Source of the DNA: Candidatus Spongiisociaceae bacterium
GTDB taxonomy: Bacteria > Actinomycetota > Acidimicrobiia > Spongiisociales > Spongiisociaceae
Assembly: GCA_965202665.1 (NCBI GenBank)
Contig: OZ241841.1
Coordinates: forward strand, 192,001-256,000
Direction: 5' to 3'
Length of the DNA: 64,000 nucleotides
Shown: one piece after another, positions 31,683 through 41,387 of the stretch
Layout of the letters: every line of letters starts with the position of its first letter
Position numbering within the stretch: the stretch's first letter is position 1
The notes under the pieces: generated by a model
Told to the model about the DNA's origin: nothing
Seen by the model: the letters and a program-made list of their open reading frames with translations, nothing else
Database searches by the model: none
Program-made: the position numbers and the translations under genes

Positions 31683-31705
31683 AGGGTGCTTGGCGGGGTA
31701 TGGGT

Positions 31706-32605
31706 TCAGGCCCGCGGGTGACTGAGATCGTAGGTGTTGCGCAGGTGGTGGCGGGTGGTGGAAGTGTAAATCTGGGTGGTGCCCAGCTCCACATGCCCCA
31801 GCAGTTGCTGCACCGAGGCCAGATCGGCTCCGCCTTCCAGCAGATGGGTGGCGAAGGAGTGGCGCAGGGCGTGGGGGAATGTGCCGGCCCGGGTTCTCAC
31901 CACCCGGTACAGGCTGCGGGGGCTCATCGGCGTTCCCCGCCCCCCTATCCACAGCGCGGGACTGGCCCGACCCGCCAGCAATGCGGGCCGCCCGTGCCGC
32001 AGGTAACGCTCCAGGGCGTCCCGGGCGGCCGCCCCCACCGGCGCCACCCGCTCCCGGCCGCCTTTGCCCGTCACCGTCAAGCGGTCCCGTCCCCGCACTT
32101 GGGCCGCGGTCAGGGAGGCCAACTCGGATACCCTCATTCCGGTGGCGTACAAGGTTTCCAGAATTGCCCGGTCCCGCAAGGAACGGGGGTCGTCCCCGTC
32201 GACGGCTTCCAACAAGGCGGCGGTCATCCCCTGGGAAAGGGCGTGGGGCAGGGTGCGGTGCGGCTTGGGGCGGGACAACCGGCCAGCCGGGTTGGCGGGC
32301 TCCTCCCCCCGTCGCACCGCCTCGTCGTAAAAGGAGCGAATAGCCGAAGTCTTGCGGGACAGGGACCGGCGGGCGTAACCCTCCTCCGACAGATGAGCCA
32401 GGTAGGCGCGGATGGTCGTCTGATCGATCTCCCGCATGGAAGTCTTCCCCCGCCGGGCGGCGAACTCGAAGAAGGCGGTGAGGTCCCGGCGGTAGGCGGC
32501 CACCGTGTTGGCGGCCAGCCCCCGTTGGCTTTCCATGCGGCTCAGGAAACCCGCCAGCTGTTCCTCGTACCAGCGCGGGGGGGGTTCCCGTCCATCCCGT
32601 TTCAT
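31706..32605 (-). CDS. xerC: XerC-type tyrosine recombinase
   Basis: [48 protein letters not shown]; follows dprA. Confidence 0.88.
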   Translation of the reverse strand: MKRDGREPPPRWYEEQLAGFLSRMESQRGLAANTVAAYRRDLTAFFEFAARRGKTSMREIDQTTIRAYLAHLSEEGYARRSLSRKTSAIRSFYDEAVRRGEEPANPAGRLSRPKPHRTLPHALSQGMTAALLEAVDGDDPRSLRDRAILETLYATGMRVSELASLTAAQVRGRDRLTVTGKGGRERVAPVGAAARDALERYLRHGRPALLAGRASPALWIGGRGTPMSPRSLYRVVRTRAGTFPHALRHSFATHLLEGGADLASVQQLLGHVELGTTQIYTSTTRHHLRNTYDLSHPRA

Positions 32606-32636
32606 AGCGCATATGTTGGTAGTTCCGTGCGGAAAG

Positions 32637-33689
32637 TCAACCAACCGGGCCGAGACGGCGCACCATTCCGTCTTCCACCGCCGCCTCCCCCCGGGCCTGC
32701 AGGCGGCCCAACTCGGCTAGGGCGGCCGCCGGATCCGGGTCCAGGCCGGCCAGGAACTCGTCCATTTCCTGCAGGCCGCCCGCCCCGGCGCCAGGCGCGG
32801 GAACCGTCCCGGAAGTGGCGGGCTCGCCCAACAGCAGGCGCAGGGTTTCCACCAGGTCATCGGCGTCATGCACCGGCAGGGCCCCGTCCCGTATCAACTG
32901 GTTGCATCCCGCCGAGCTGTCCCGGGTCACATCCCCCGGCGTGGCGCAAACATCCCGCCCTTGGGCGAGGGCGGTGCGGGCCGTTATCAGGGCCCCGCCG
33001 GTCACCGCCGCCTCTACGATCACCACCACCCGGGACAGGGCGGAGATGATCCGGTTGCGGGGCGGGAAACGCCATCCCAGAGGGGGAGTCCCCGGCGGGG
33101 ATTCGCTCCACACCGTCCCCCCGGCCGCCAACAACTCCTCGCCCAGCGCCGCGTTGTTGCGCGGATACCAAACATCCACCCCCGATCCCAGCACCGCCAT
33201 TCCCGGGGCGGGACCGCGCAACGAACCGCGATGGGCGGCCGCGTCGATGCCGCGGGCCATCCCGCTCACCACCGCCCACCCGGCCCGGGAGATGGCCTCC
33301 CCGTACTGCTCCGCCAGGCGCTTGCCGTAGACGGTGCAGGTGCGGGTGCCCACCACCGCCACCGCCTTGACCCCCGGCCGGGGGGAGCTCCCCCGCCGGA
33401 ACAGGAACAGCGGCGCCTCGGGGATGCCCAGGAGTTCCTCGGGAAAGCCCGGGTCGTCCGCCAGCAACAGTTCCAAACCGGCTTCCTCCAACTCCCGCAG
33501 GCGATGCGCGGCGGGGACTTGCGCCGCCCGCCGGGCCGTCTCCGGCACCCGCACTTGGCCGCGTTGGATGGCGGCCAGAACCGCGGCCGGGGAGCCTCCC
33601 GCCCGGTCCGCCACCTCCCGCAGCCGCAACGGATGCATGCCCACATGCGCCAGACGTACCCACGCTTCCCGAACCTGCTCCGCCGCCAT
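32637..33689 (-). CDS. dprA: DNA-processing protein DprA
   Basis: [31 protein letters not shown]...GALITA. Confidence 0.96.
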   Translation of the reverse strand: MAAEQVREAWVRLAHVGMHPLRLREVADRAGGSPAAVLAAIQRGQVRVPETARRAAQVPAAHRLRELEEAGLELLLADDPGFPEELLGIPEAPLFLFRRGSSPRPGVKAVAVVGTRTCTVYGKRLAEQYGEAISRAGWAVVSGMARGIDAAAHRGSLRGPAPGMAVLGSGVDVWYPRNNAALGEELLAAGGTVWSESPPGTPPLGWRFPPRNRIISALSRVVVIVEAAVTGGALITARTALAQGRDVCATPGDVTRDSSAGCNQLIRDGALPVHDADDLVETLRLLLGEPATSGTVPAPGAGAGGLQEMDEFLAGLDPDPAAALAELGRLQARGEAAVEDGMVRRLGPVG

Positions 33690-35158
33690 CACGCCCCCCG
33701 CAAAACCAGGGCTTCAGCCAGATGCGGTTCCTCCACCGCCTCTGATTCCGCCAGGTCGGCGATGGTGCGGGCCAGTCGCCGCACCCGGTCGAAGCCGCGT
33801 CCGGTCAGGGAACCGGAGCGCAGCGCCTCCTCCGCCAGCCGCCGGGCCCCCTCCCCTATTTCCACCTGATCCAGCCCCCGCCGGTCCAGATCCCGGTTGC
33901 GCGCGCCCCGTCCGTCCTGCATTTTGCGGGCGGACGCCACCCGTTGCGCCACCTGCCAGCTGGGTTCGCCCGGCGGTCCCACCATGGCGTCGGCTTCCAC
34001 GCGCGGGACGGCGATGCGGATGTCGAACCGGTCCATCAGGGGTCCCGACAGCCGCCGCTGGTAACGTTCCACCATCCGCTCCGTGCAACCGCAGGAGCGG
34101 CGACGGTCGTCCCGGTAGCCGCACGGGCAGGGGTTGGTGGCCGCCACCAGTTGCACCGCGGCCGGGAAGTCCACCGAAACCCCTTTGCGGGCGATGGTCA
34201 CCGAGCCCTCCTCCAAAGGCTGACGGAGGCCGTCCAGCAAGTGGGGCGGAAACTCGCCCAGTTCGTCTAAGAACAGAACGCCCCCATGGGCCATGCTCAA
34301 CTCGCCCGGCACCGGAACCCCGGAACCGCCGCCCAGGATGGCCGCCCGGCTGGCCGAATGATGCGGGGCGCGGATAGGCGGCAGCAACAGGCCGGGGCGG
34401 GGCCGCCCCGCCGCCGACCACACCTGGGCCACCTCCAAGGCGGTATGTTCGCCCAGCGGGGGGAGAATGCCGGGCAGGCAACGGGCCAGCATGGTTTTGC
34501 CCACCCCGGGAGGCCCCGACATCAACAAATGATGCCCGCCCGCCGCCGCTACCTCCAACGCCCGGCGGGCCAGCAACTGCCCCCGCACGTCGGCCATATC
34601 CGGGGCCCCGGCCGCCGGAGGGGCCGGAGCGGCGACGGGACGGGTGATGGTTTTGCCCTGCGCGGCCGCGATGGCCTCCCGCAGGGAATTAACCACCCGC
34701 GTGTCCGCCGTTGGGACGATCACCGTCTCGGCGGCGCAACCGGGCGGGAGCAGACAGGGGGTTCCCAACCCGGCGGCGGTGATGGCGGCCGCCAACCCGC
34801 CCCGGGCCGGGCGGATGCTCCCGTCCAAGGCCATCTCCCCCAATGCCAAGACCCGGCAGGCGGCCTCCGGTATCTCCCCGGCGGCCGCCAGCAACGCCAA
34901 AGCAATCGGCAGGTCGTAGGCGCTTCCCGATTTGGGCAAGTCGGCGGGCGCCAAGTTGACGGTCACCGACCGGGCGGGAAAACGGAAACCGGAGATGGCC
35001 ATGGCCGCCATCACCCGATCCTTGGCTTCGCGGACGGCCTTGTCGGGCAAGCCGACCAAGTTGAGCCGTCCTTTTTCTCCCCCACCTACGTGGGCTTCTA
35101 CGCTGACCCGGCGGGCTTGCACCCCGACCAGCGCTACGGAATGTATTTTAGCAAACAT
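33689..35158 (-). CDS. comM: ComM/YifB AAA+ helicase (Mg-chelatase-like)
   Basis: VNLAPADLPKSG..YDL, GPPGVGKT, AHGGVLFLDE, NPCPCG, SGPLMDRFD. Confidence 0.93.
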   Translation of the reverse strand: MFAKIHSVALVGVQARRVSVEAHVGGGEKGRLNLVGLPDKAVREAKDRVMAAMAISGFRFPARSVTVNLAPADLPKSGSAYDLPIALALLAAAGEIPEAACRVLALGEMALDGSIRPARGGLAAAITAAGLGTPCLLPPGCAAETVIVPTADTRVVNSLREAIAAAQGKTITRPVAAPAPPAAGAPDMADVRGQLLARRALEVAAAGGHHLLMSGPPGVGKTMLARCLPGILPPLGEHTALEVAQVWSAAGRPRPGLLLPPIRAPHHSASRAAILGGGSGVPVPGELSMAHGGVLFLDELGEFPPHLLDGLRQPLEEGSVTIARKGVSVDFPAAVQLVAATNPCPCGYRDDRRRSCGCTERMVERYQRRLSGPLMDRFDIRIAVPRVEADAMVGPPGEPSWQVAQRVASARKMQDGRGARNRDLDRRGLDQVEIGEGARRLAEEALRSGSLTGRGFDRVRRLARTIADLAESEAVEEPHLAEALVLRGA

Positions 35159-35164
35159 AATGAT

Positions 35165-35186
35165 AACATAAGGTAAGAGTGCGACA
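35165..35186 (-). promoter_or_regulatory. PafBC/RecA-NDp-like promoter of comM (leaderless geometry)
   Basis: ttttTGTCGC-actcttacct-TATGTT-N6-ATG. Confidence 0.65.
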
Positions 35187-35281
35187 AAAACAAGGGGGTT
35201 ATTTTATAATACTTAAAATCCCAGGTCAGAGTGGGTTTCGGAGGTGATTATGGACGGGCGACGAGGCCGGCCCGGGCCGGA

Positions 35282-35740
35282 TCAGGGGCGCATCAACTCC
35301 ACTCCGGGGGGCCGATAGCCGCGGAAACGATGCTGGGCCGCCCGCTCCACGAAGGCCCCCACTTGCGTCAGGCGGGTCGCCACCGCCCGATCAGTGATGC
35401 GGATCACGGTCCATCCCGCCTCGGTCAGGGCGGCGTTGACCCGGCGATCCCGCTCCATATTGCGCTGGATTTTGTTGCGCCAGTATTCGGACATTTGGCT
35501 GAACCGCTGCGGGCTCAGTTTCTTGCCGTGCCAGAACTCGCCGTCTACGAACACCGCAATGCGACGGCCCACCAGGGCGATGTCGGGCCTGCCCTCCGCC
35601 TTTGGATAATCCAAACGGTAACGCAGGCCGCGCCTGGTCAGCTCCCGCCGCAACGCCAGTTCGGGGCCGGTGTCCCGTCGCCGAATCCGACGCATAATTT
35701 CCGACCGCTTCTCGGGTGTGAACACATCGCGTCCGCTCAC
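35282..35740 (-). CDS. vsr: Very short patch repair endonuclease
   Basis: DVF....RS..M..I...DT.PE, GRPDI, VFVDG.FWHG, YW..KI.RN.ERD. Confidence 0.9.
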   Translation of the reverse strand: MSGRDVFTPEKRSEIMRRIRRRDTGPELALRRELTRRGLRYRLDYPKAEGRPDIALVGRRIAVFVDGEFWHGKKLSPQRFSQMSEYWRNKIQRNMERDRRVNAALTEAGWTVIRITDRAVATRLTQVGAFVERAAQHRFRGYRPPGVELMRP

Positions 35741-35797
35741 CCCTCCCAAAATACCCGGCGGGGAGGCGGGGAGCAGGGGAAACGGGTTTTATCCGAC

Positions 35798-36565
35798 TCA
35801 GCGGCCGGTGAACTGCGGGGGGCGGCGTTCCAAAAAGGCCCGGATGCCTTCGGTTGCGTCGTCGCCGCCCAGGCAAATGGCCTGCGCCTGGCCTTCCCGG
35901 TCCAGGGCTTCGGCGAAACCGGACTCGTGGGAGGCGTTCAATCCCTGCTTGGCGAACATCTGCCCCACCGGAGCGGCCGCCGCCAACTGTTCAGCCCATT
36001 CGGTGACCCGTCCCTCCAGGTCTTCGGGGGGGACCGCTTCCAGAACCAGGCCGATGCGCACCGCTTCCGCGGCCTCCACCATTCGCCCGGTCAGGGCCAG
36101 TTCCTTGGCCCGGGGCAGGCCGACTATGCGGGGCAAGAGCCATGTCCCCCCGAAGTCGACGGTCAGGCCCCGCCGTACGAAAATCTCCGAGAACCGGGCC
36201 CGGTCGGTGGCTATCACCAGGTCGCATCCCAGCGCCAGGTTCATTCCCGCCCCCGCCGCCGCCCCGTCCACCGCGGCCACGGTCGGCTTGGTGAGGCGGT
36301 GCAAGGCCAAAGCCGCCTCCCCCACCCGCCGCATGCGGGCCCGCAGGCCGGCCATGGACCGGTCGGGGCGCCCTCCGCCCAAGTCGGCCCCGGCGCAGAA
36401 ATCCCCGCCCGCCCCGGTCACCACCAGCGCCCGCTGCGGGGAGTCTTCAAAGTCGGCGAAGGCGTCCCGCAACTGATCCCACCCTTCGGGGGGAATGGCG
36501 TTCTTCCGTTCCGGGCGGTGCAACGTCAGCCACCGCACCCGTCCCCGGTCCTCAATCAGCAACAT
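35798..36565 (-). CDS. Enoyl-CoA hydratase/isomerase (PaaG-like)
   Basis: FCAGADL, KP.VAAV.G.AAGAG.NLAL.CD, GL.VDFGG. Confidence 0.88.
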   Translation of the reverse strand: MLLIEDRGRVRWLTLHRPERKNAIPPEGWDQLRDAFADFEDSPQRALVVTGAGGDFCAGADLGGGRPDRSMAGLRARMRRVGEAALALHRLTKPTVAAVDGAAAGAGMNLALGCDLVIATDRARFSEIFVRRGLTVDFGGTWLLPRIVGLPRAKELALTGRMVEAAEAVRIGLVLEAVPPEDLEGRVTEWAEQLAAAAPVGQMFAKQGLNASHESGFAEALDREGQAQAICLGGDDATEGIRAFLERRPPQFTGR

Positions 36566-36589
36566 GTGGCTTAGACTAGAATAAAGCGG

Positions 36590-38974
36590 ATGACAATGCG
36601 CGCGACTCCATACCGGAGAATATTCCAACTGCTATTGGCGATAGGATTGGCCGGTTCGGTCGCCATCCAACCTTCTACCGCTTCGGCGCAGGGCATTCCC
36701 GACCTTGACCGGGCAGGTTGTTCCAACGGCTCCTTCCTCGCCTTCTCAACGAACCCTGCGGACGAACCGGCCTTGGTAGCGGATTGCCAAACGTTGGTGT
36801 CCATCCGCAATCATTGGACGCGCCACCCCGGCAACGCCGGCCTGCCCGCCGACCACCCTCTGCGAACTTGGGGATCCGGCGACACCGTCACCATCGATTC
36901 CTGGGAAGGCATCACCGTCGGCGTCTATCCCCACGAAGACCGCAACCTCCCCTGGCGCGTAAAGGAAATATCATTATATAACCGGTCGATCTCCGGCACT
37001 CTGCCCAAAGAAATAGGTAATCTTACCGCGCTTACTTCTATATGGCTCGACCGGAATTCACTAAGCGGCCCTATTCCCCAAGAAATAGGCAATCTAACCA
37101 ACCTCACCTTTTTGGGGTTGGCGCATAATGAATTATCCGGAACCATTCCTTCTACTATTGGCAACCTCACGGAAATAGAGATCCTCTGGCTAGGCAACAA
37201 CGACCTAACCGGTGCTATCCCCAACGAAATAGGAAACCTAAGCTATATTACTGATCTGCAACTATACCATAATCAGATAACAGGGAGAATACCTGATAGC
37301 ATAAGCCGACTTTCCAGACTGGTTGATCTACGTCTCTTCCCCAATAATTTCTCTTCCGCAGAATTACCTAGACAATTGCAAGAACGATATGAAAGATCTT
37401 TCGATTCTGATGAGCTGCGTCTTATTGCCAAAGCGGATGCTATCCGTAATCTCACTTTAGACAAAACGGAATGGGAAGTATGGATTTGCGATGTTGGCGG
37501 TCCTCTTAGATTAAATGTAGAAGATGTTACCCGATCCCTTAATAATAGAATAACGCCATATTTTGACTGGTTGTCAGAAGGAAAATATATTCCCACCTTT
37601 CTTGCCAAGGATACTGTGCAATCACCTAATAAGGATGACTGTGATGAGAAAATAGATGGTCCAGCTAGGGATAAATACAACAAGCAGGCTGTGGTTGTTG
37701 AGAACAGTGAACACGCAGGCGGATTTGTCGTCGGCCTCCCGGGTCAGCCCGGTGTCGCCGTGGTTGGCGGCGGATCCGTGACGGCTATTGCCGGTAATAC
37801 TCCATACACTCCTCGGTTTAGTACCGTCGCCCACGAAATGGGCCATCTCCTAGATTGGCCGCATAACTTTAGCGGGCTCGACTTTTGGCCTAGCGGCGCA
37901 ATATTTGAAGGCGGCAATCCTATGGATATTATGAGTTCCTCTTCAGATACAATGGATCTTGGGTCAGGTACTATTGCGATCAATCGTTACGCCTCCGGCT
38001 GGATAGATCCCGACGATGTTATAGTTCACCAAAACGGGGCCGCTACTTACCGCCTGAGCCCGGTGGGAGTATCCGGTAAGCAAATGCTGGTTATACCATC
38101 CAATGATGGAACAGGAGTTTTCTACACGCTTGGCGCCAGAGTCAAGAAAGGCTATGACCGGGGGAATCCCAAAGAGGGAGTGGAAGTCTATTTGATTGAC
38201 CAACGGCTTACGGCATGCGGGACCGGTGACAGCGTATGCTGGGGAACGGATCGCCGCGTCCAACCATTTCCCCCCACGCAAGTGGGTCATCGAACAAAAT
38301 TCACATATCATGTCCATGGCGCGGGAGATGTTTTCCGAGTAGGAGGGTTCCGGATAGAGGTCAAAGAAAGACTAGGAGATCGGTTTTCGGTGGTGGTCGG
38401 GGAAGGATGCGGGGGCCATTTTTCGGGACGGTTCTGCGACGAAGACGACACCACCCATGAGCGCAACATTGAACAAATAGCCGAATGGGAAATCACCCTC
38501 GGATGCGGCGGTGATCGTTTCTGCCCCGACCGTTCCATCACCCGCATCCAAATGGCCGCCTTCCTCTACCGGGCGTACCTCCGCCAAGCCGGAACCCCGC
38601 CCGCACCCGCCTCAGCTGCCCTGGTCGACGTGCCCGACGAGGCCTGGTACCGGCAGTTTGCGGAATGGGCGGTATCCTCCGGGGTGATGCGGGCCCCCGC
38701 CGGAATGTTTCATCCGAACGGCTTGGTAACCAGGGCGGATATGGCCGAAATGATGGTGGCGACGTTCGACAACCTGAGCCCGTCCGCGCCTCCGCCGCAA
38801 GGAATATTCACCGATATGAGGGACCTGAACGAAGACGTGATCCGCGCCGCGGAAGGACTGCGCGCCGCCGGGGTCACTCAAGGATGTTCCGCCTCGCCCC
38901 TCCGCTATTGTCCCGACCAGCCGGTCACCCGGGCGCAGATGGCCTCATTCTTCGTCCGAGCCATTAATACCTGA
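36590..38974 (+). CDS. Secreted LRR + zinc-metallopeptidase + SLH-like surface protein
   Basis: Signal peptide (..STASA-QG); about 6 LRRs of 24 aa; HEMGHLLDWPH and PMDIMS Met-turn; C-terminal FCPDRSITRIQMAAF / VTRADMA / YCPDQPVTRAQMASF repeats. Confidence 0.85.
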   Translation: MTMRATPYRRIFQLLLAIGLAGSVAIQPSTASAQGIPDLDRAGCSNGSFLAFSTNPADEPALVADCQTLVSIRNHWTRHPGNAGLPADHPLRTWGSGDTVTIDSWEGITVGVYPHEDRNLPWRVKEISLYNRSISGTLPKEIGNLTALTSIWLDRNSLSGPIPQEIGNLTNLTFLGLAHNELSGTIPSTIGNLTEIEILWLGNNDLTGAIPNEIGNLSYITDLQLYHNQITGRIPDSISRLSRLVDLRLFPNNFSSAELPRQLQERYERSFDSDELRLIAKADAIRNLTLDKTEWEVWICDVGGPLRLNVEDVTRSLNNRITPYFDWLSEGKYIPTFLAKDTVQSPNKDDCDEKIDGPARDKYNKQAVVVENSEHAGGFVVGLPGQPGVAVVGGGSVTAIAGNTPYTPRFSTVAHEMGHLLDWPHNFSGLDFWPSGAIFEGGNPMDIMSSSSDTMDLGSGTIAINRYASGWIDPDDVIVHQNGAATYRLSPVGVSGKQMLVIPSNDGTGVFYTLGARVKKGYDRGNPKEGVEVYLIDQRLTACGTGDSVCWGTDRRVQPFPPTQVGHRTKFTYHVHGAGDVFRVGGFRIEVKERLGDRFSVVVGEGCGGHFSGRFCDEDDTTHERNIEQIAEWEITLGCGGDRFCPDRSITRIQMAAFLYRAYLRQAGTPPAPASAALVDVPDEAWYRQFAEWAVSSGVMRAPAGMFHPNGLVTRADMAEMMVATFDNLSPSAPPPQGIFTDMRDLNEDVIRAAEGLRAAGVTQGCSASPLRYCPDQPVTRAQMASFFVRAINT

Positions 38975-38993
38975 CCGGCCAAAGGGAACCAAC

Positions 38994-39107
38994 ATGGGAT
39001 TTAATCCGTTTCGCAAACAGGACCGGCGACCGGCCGATTTGGTTTTGGTGGCCGGGGCGGTGCTCGTCACCTTGACGGTGGTGGCTTGGGCGGTGTGGGG
39101 CGGGTAG
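38994..39107 (+). CDS. 37-aa single-TM microprotein
   Basis: Not in ORF track; MGFNPFRKQDRRPADLVLVAGAVLVTLTVVAWAVWGG*, purine-rich RBS upstream. Confidence 0.55.
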   Translation: MGFNPFRKQDRRPADLVLVAGAVLVTLTVVAWAVWGG

Positions 39108-39124
39108 GGGCTGGGAGGGGAATC

Positions 39125-39325
39125 ATGGAGCATGGGGAGGGGGCGGACGTGCGCCATGTTCAACCGAGGGCGGCCGTCAAAAGCTATTTCTGTCCCGGGT
39201 GCGAGGGGGTCATACCGGCCGGGACCTTTCATCTGGTGGTGGTGCCCGAAGAGGAACCCGACCTGCGACGGCATTGGCATCGCGGTTGCTGGTTCAAGGA
39301 AAAACTCCGCTGGCCGGGGTGTTAA
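39125..39325 (+). CDS. Small conserved actinobacterial Cys/His protein
   Basis: K.Y.CPGC...I..G..H.VV.P......RRHWH..CW motif; GGAGG RBS. Confidence 0.75.
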   Translation: MEHGEGADVRHVQPRAAVKSYFCPGCEGVIPAGTFHLVVVPEEEPDLRRHWHRGCWFKEKLRWPGC

Positions 39326-39334
39326 AATCGGTTT

Positions 39335-39356
39335 TGTCACACGGCCTGATTAGCCT
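39335..39356 (+). promoter_or_regulatory. PafBC/RecA-NDp-like promoter upstream of the second LRR-SLH gene
   Basis: gtttTGTCAC-acggcctgat-TAGCCT. Confidence 0.55.
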
Positions 39357-39396
39357 GGCGCAAAAATAACCAACTCAAGAAACGGGGAATCTAACT

Positions 39397-41367
39397 ATGG
39401 GTAAATACCGCACGCTTCTCACGCTGGCCGTCGGCGCGGCCGGGTTGTTGGCGGCCCTGGTCATCCCGGCGGGGGCGCAGACAGACGGGGCCTTCCCCGT
39501 TCTGGACCCGGCCGGGTGCTCCGACGGCTCCTACGTAACCGACCCGGACGACAACCCGGGGTTGGCGGCGGACTGCCGGGCTTTGACGGCCATCCGCAAC
39601 CACTGGACCGGTCATCCCGGCAACGTCGGGTTGCCGGCCGACAACCCTTTGCTGACTTGGGGCGCGGGCGACACGGTCAACATCACTTCTTGGACCGGGG
39701 TGGAAATCCACCGGGGACGGGTGGGGGCCTTGGATTTGCGGGATGAAGAAATTGCCGGTTCGCTCCCGGCTGAATTGGGCGACCTGGAAAACCTGACCGT
39801 CCTCTACCTCAGTTTCAACCAGCTGACCGGGGAAGTACCCGCCGAGTTGGGCGGCCTGTCCAACCTCACCCGCCTCTACCTGGACGGAAACAACCTCACC
39901 GGCCCCATCCCGCCCCGACTGGGCGACTTGGACAACCTGACCCGCCTTTACCTGGACCGCAACCAACTCACCGGGAGCATCCCCGCCCAACTGGGCGAAC
40001 TGGACAACCTGACCCGTCTTTTCTTGGACAACAACCGGCTTAGCGGCTCCATCCCCGCCCAACTGGGCGACTTGGACAACCTGATTCTGATGTGGCTGCA
40101 CTCCAACCGGCTCACCGGTCCCATCCCGGAGGAATTGGGCCGGCTGGCCAAGGTCACGCACCTGTGGCTGGACGGCAACCAGCTGACCGGGCCCGTCCCG
40201 GAGGAGTTGGGACGGATGGACAACCTCCTTTACTTAGACTTGGAGGACAACCAACTGTCGGGCCCGATACCGCCCCAACTGGGCGAACTGGACAGCCTGG
40301 CCCGCCTCTACCTGAATCAGAACCAACTGTCGGGCGGCATCCCGACGGAACTGAGCCGCCTAGCCAACCTCACCCACCTTTACCTGGACCGCAACCAACT
40401 CACCGGCTCCATACCGCCCGAACTGGGCCGGCTGGCCAACCTGCAACAGCTGTCGCTGTACGGCAACCGGCTGACCGGCTCCATACCGCCCGAACTGGGC
40501 GGGCTGGCCAACCTGAACCACTTGGATTTGGACCAGAACCGGCTGACCGGGACCATTCCGCCCGAGCTGGGCAACCTGTCCCGCCTCACCGAACTGTGGT
40601 TGGATCGCAATCAACTGACCGGGACCATTCCGCCCGAGCTGGGCGACCTGTCCCGCCTCAACCGGCTGTTCCTGGGTTGCAACCAGTTGACGGGCCGCGT
40701 ACCTCCCGAACTGGGGAACATCAACTTCCTCAACTGGCTCAACCTGTATCCCAACCGGTTGACCGGAACCGCCCCGCCCGAACTGGGGGAACTGCTGTTC
40801 CTGCGGTTCTGGAACTTCGCGGGCCGCTTCTGCGACGACGAACAGAGCGTGCACGAACCCAACATTGAAACCACCGCCGGTTGGCGCATCACCCTGGGAT
40901 GCGAACCAAACCGGTTCTGCCCGAACAGTCCCATCACCCGCAACCAGATGGCGGCTTTCCTGCACCGGGCGGTCGTCCACCATTCCGGACCCCCCGCGCC
41001 AGCCGCCGCCGTCGACCTAAAGGACGTGCCGGACGGAGCCTGGTACCGGGAGTTCGCCGAATGGGCGGTGTCCGCCGGGGTGATGCGGGCCCCGGAGGGA
41101 ATGTTCGATCCGGGTACGGTGGTGTCGCGGGCCGACATGGCGGTGATGCTGACCGCCGCCTTCGAGCACTTGAACCCAACCGATCAGGTCCGGGGGCTGT
41201 TCAACGACATGTCCGGCCAGAGCGCCGAAGCCGTGCGGGCGGCGGAAGGGTTGCGCCTCGCCGGAGTAACCTCCGGTTGCTTCGTGTCCCCCCTGCGCTA
41301 CTGCCCCGACCGGCCGGTGACCAGGGCGCAGATGTCCTCCTTCTTGGTGCGGGCCATCGCCCCCTGA
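39397..41367 (+). CDS. Secreted leucine-rich-repeat protein with SLH-like C-terminus
   Basis: Signal peptide (..PAGA-QT); 15 x 24-aa LxxLxLxxNxLTGxIPxELG repeats; three SLH-like TRxxMA motifs. Confidence 0.9.
   Translation: MGKYRTLLTLAVGAAGLLAALVIPAGAQTDGAFPVLDPAGCSDGSYVTDPDDNPGLAADCRALTAIRNHWTGHPGNVGLPADNPLLTWGAGDTVNITSWTGVEIHRGRVGALDLRDEEIAGSLPAELGDLENLTVLYLSFNQLTGEVPAELGGLSNLTRLYLDGNNLTGPIPPRLGDLDNLTRLYLDRNQLTGSIPAQLGELDNLTRLFLDNNRLSGSIPAQLGDLDNLILMWLHSNRLTGPIPEELGRLAKVTHLWLDGNQLTGPVPEELGRMDNLLYLDLEDNQLSGPIPPQLGELDSLARLYLNQNQLSGGIPTELSRLANLTHLYLDRNQLTGSIPPELGRLANLQQLSLYGNRLTGSIPPELGGLANLNHLDLDQNRLTGTIPPELGNLSRLTELWLDRNQLTGTIPPELGDLSRLNRLFLGCNQLTGRVPPELGNINFLNWLNLYPNRLTGTAPPELGELLFLRFWNFAGRFCDDEQSVHEPNIETTAGWRITLGCEPNRFCPNSPITRNQMAAFLHRAVVHHSGPPAPAAAVDLKDVPDGAWYREFAEWAVSAGVMRAPEGMFDPGTVVSRADMAVMLTAAFEHLNPTDQVRGLFNDMSGQSAEAVRAAEGLRLAGVTSGCFVSPLRYCPDRPVTRAQMSSFLVRAIAP
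39721..40800 (+). repeat. 15 imperfect 72-bp coding repeats (LRR array)
   Basis: Counted from the translation: 15 x 72 = 1080 bp. Confidence 0.9.
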
Positions 41368-41387
41368 CCCAAAAGCCTGGCCGGGGC

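Noticed and set aside
31706-32605. Tyrosine recombinase as a mobile-element integrase
   Set aside because: Sequence and position after dprA fit chromosomal XerC.
39721-40800. Diversity-generating retroelement acting on the LRR array
   Set aside because: No reverse transcriptase and no template/variable repeat pair with adenine-specific differences seen.
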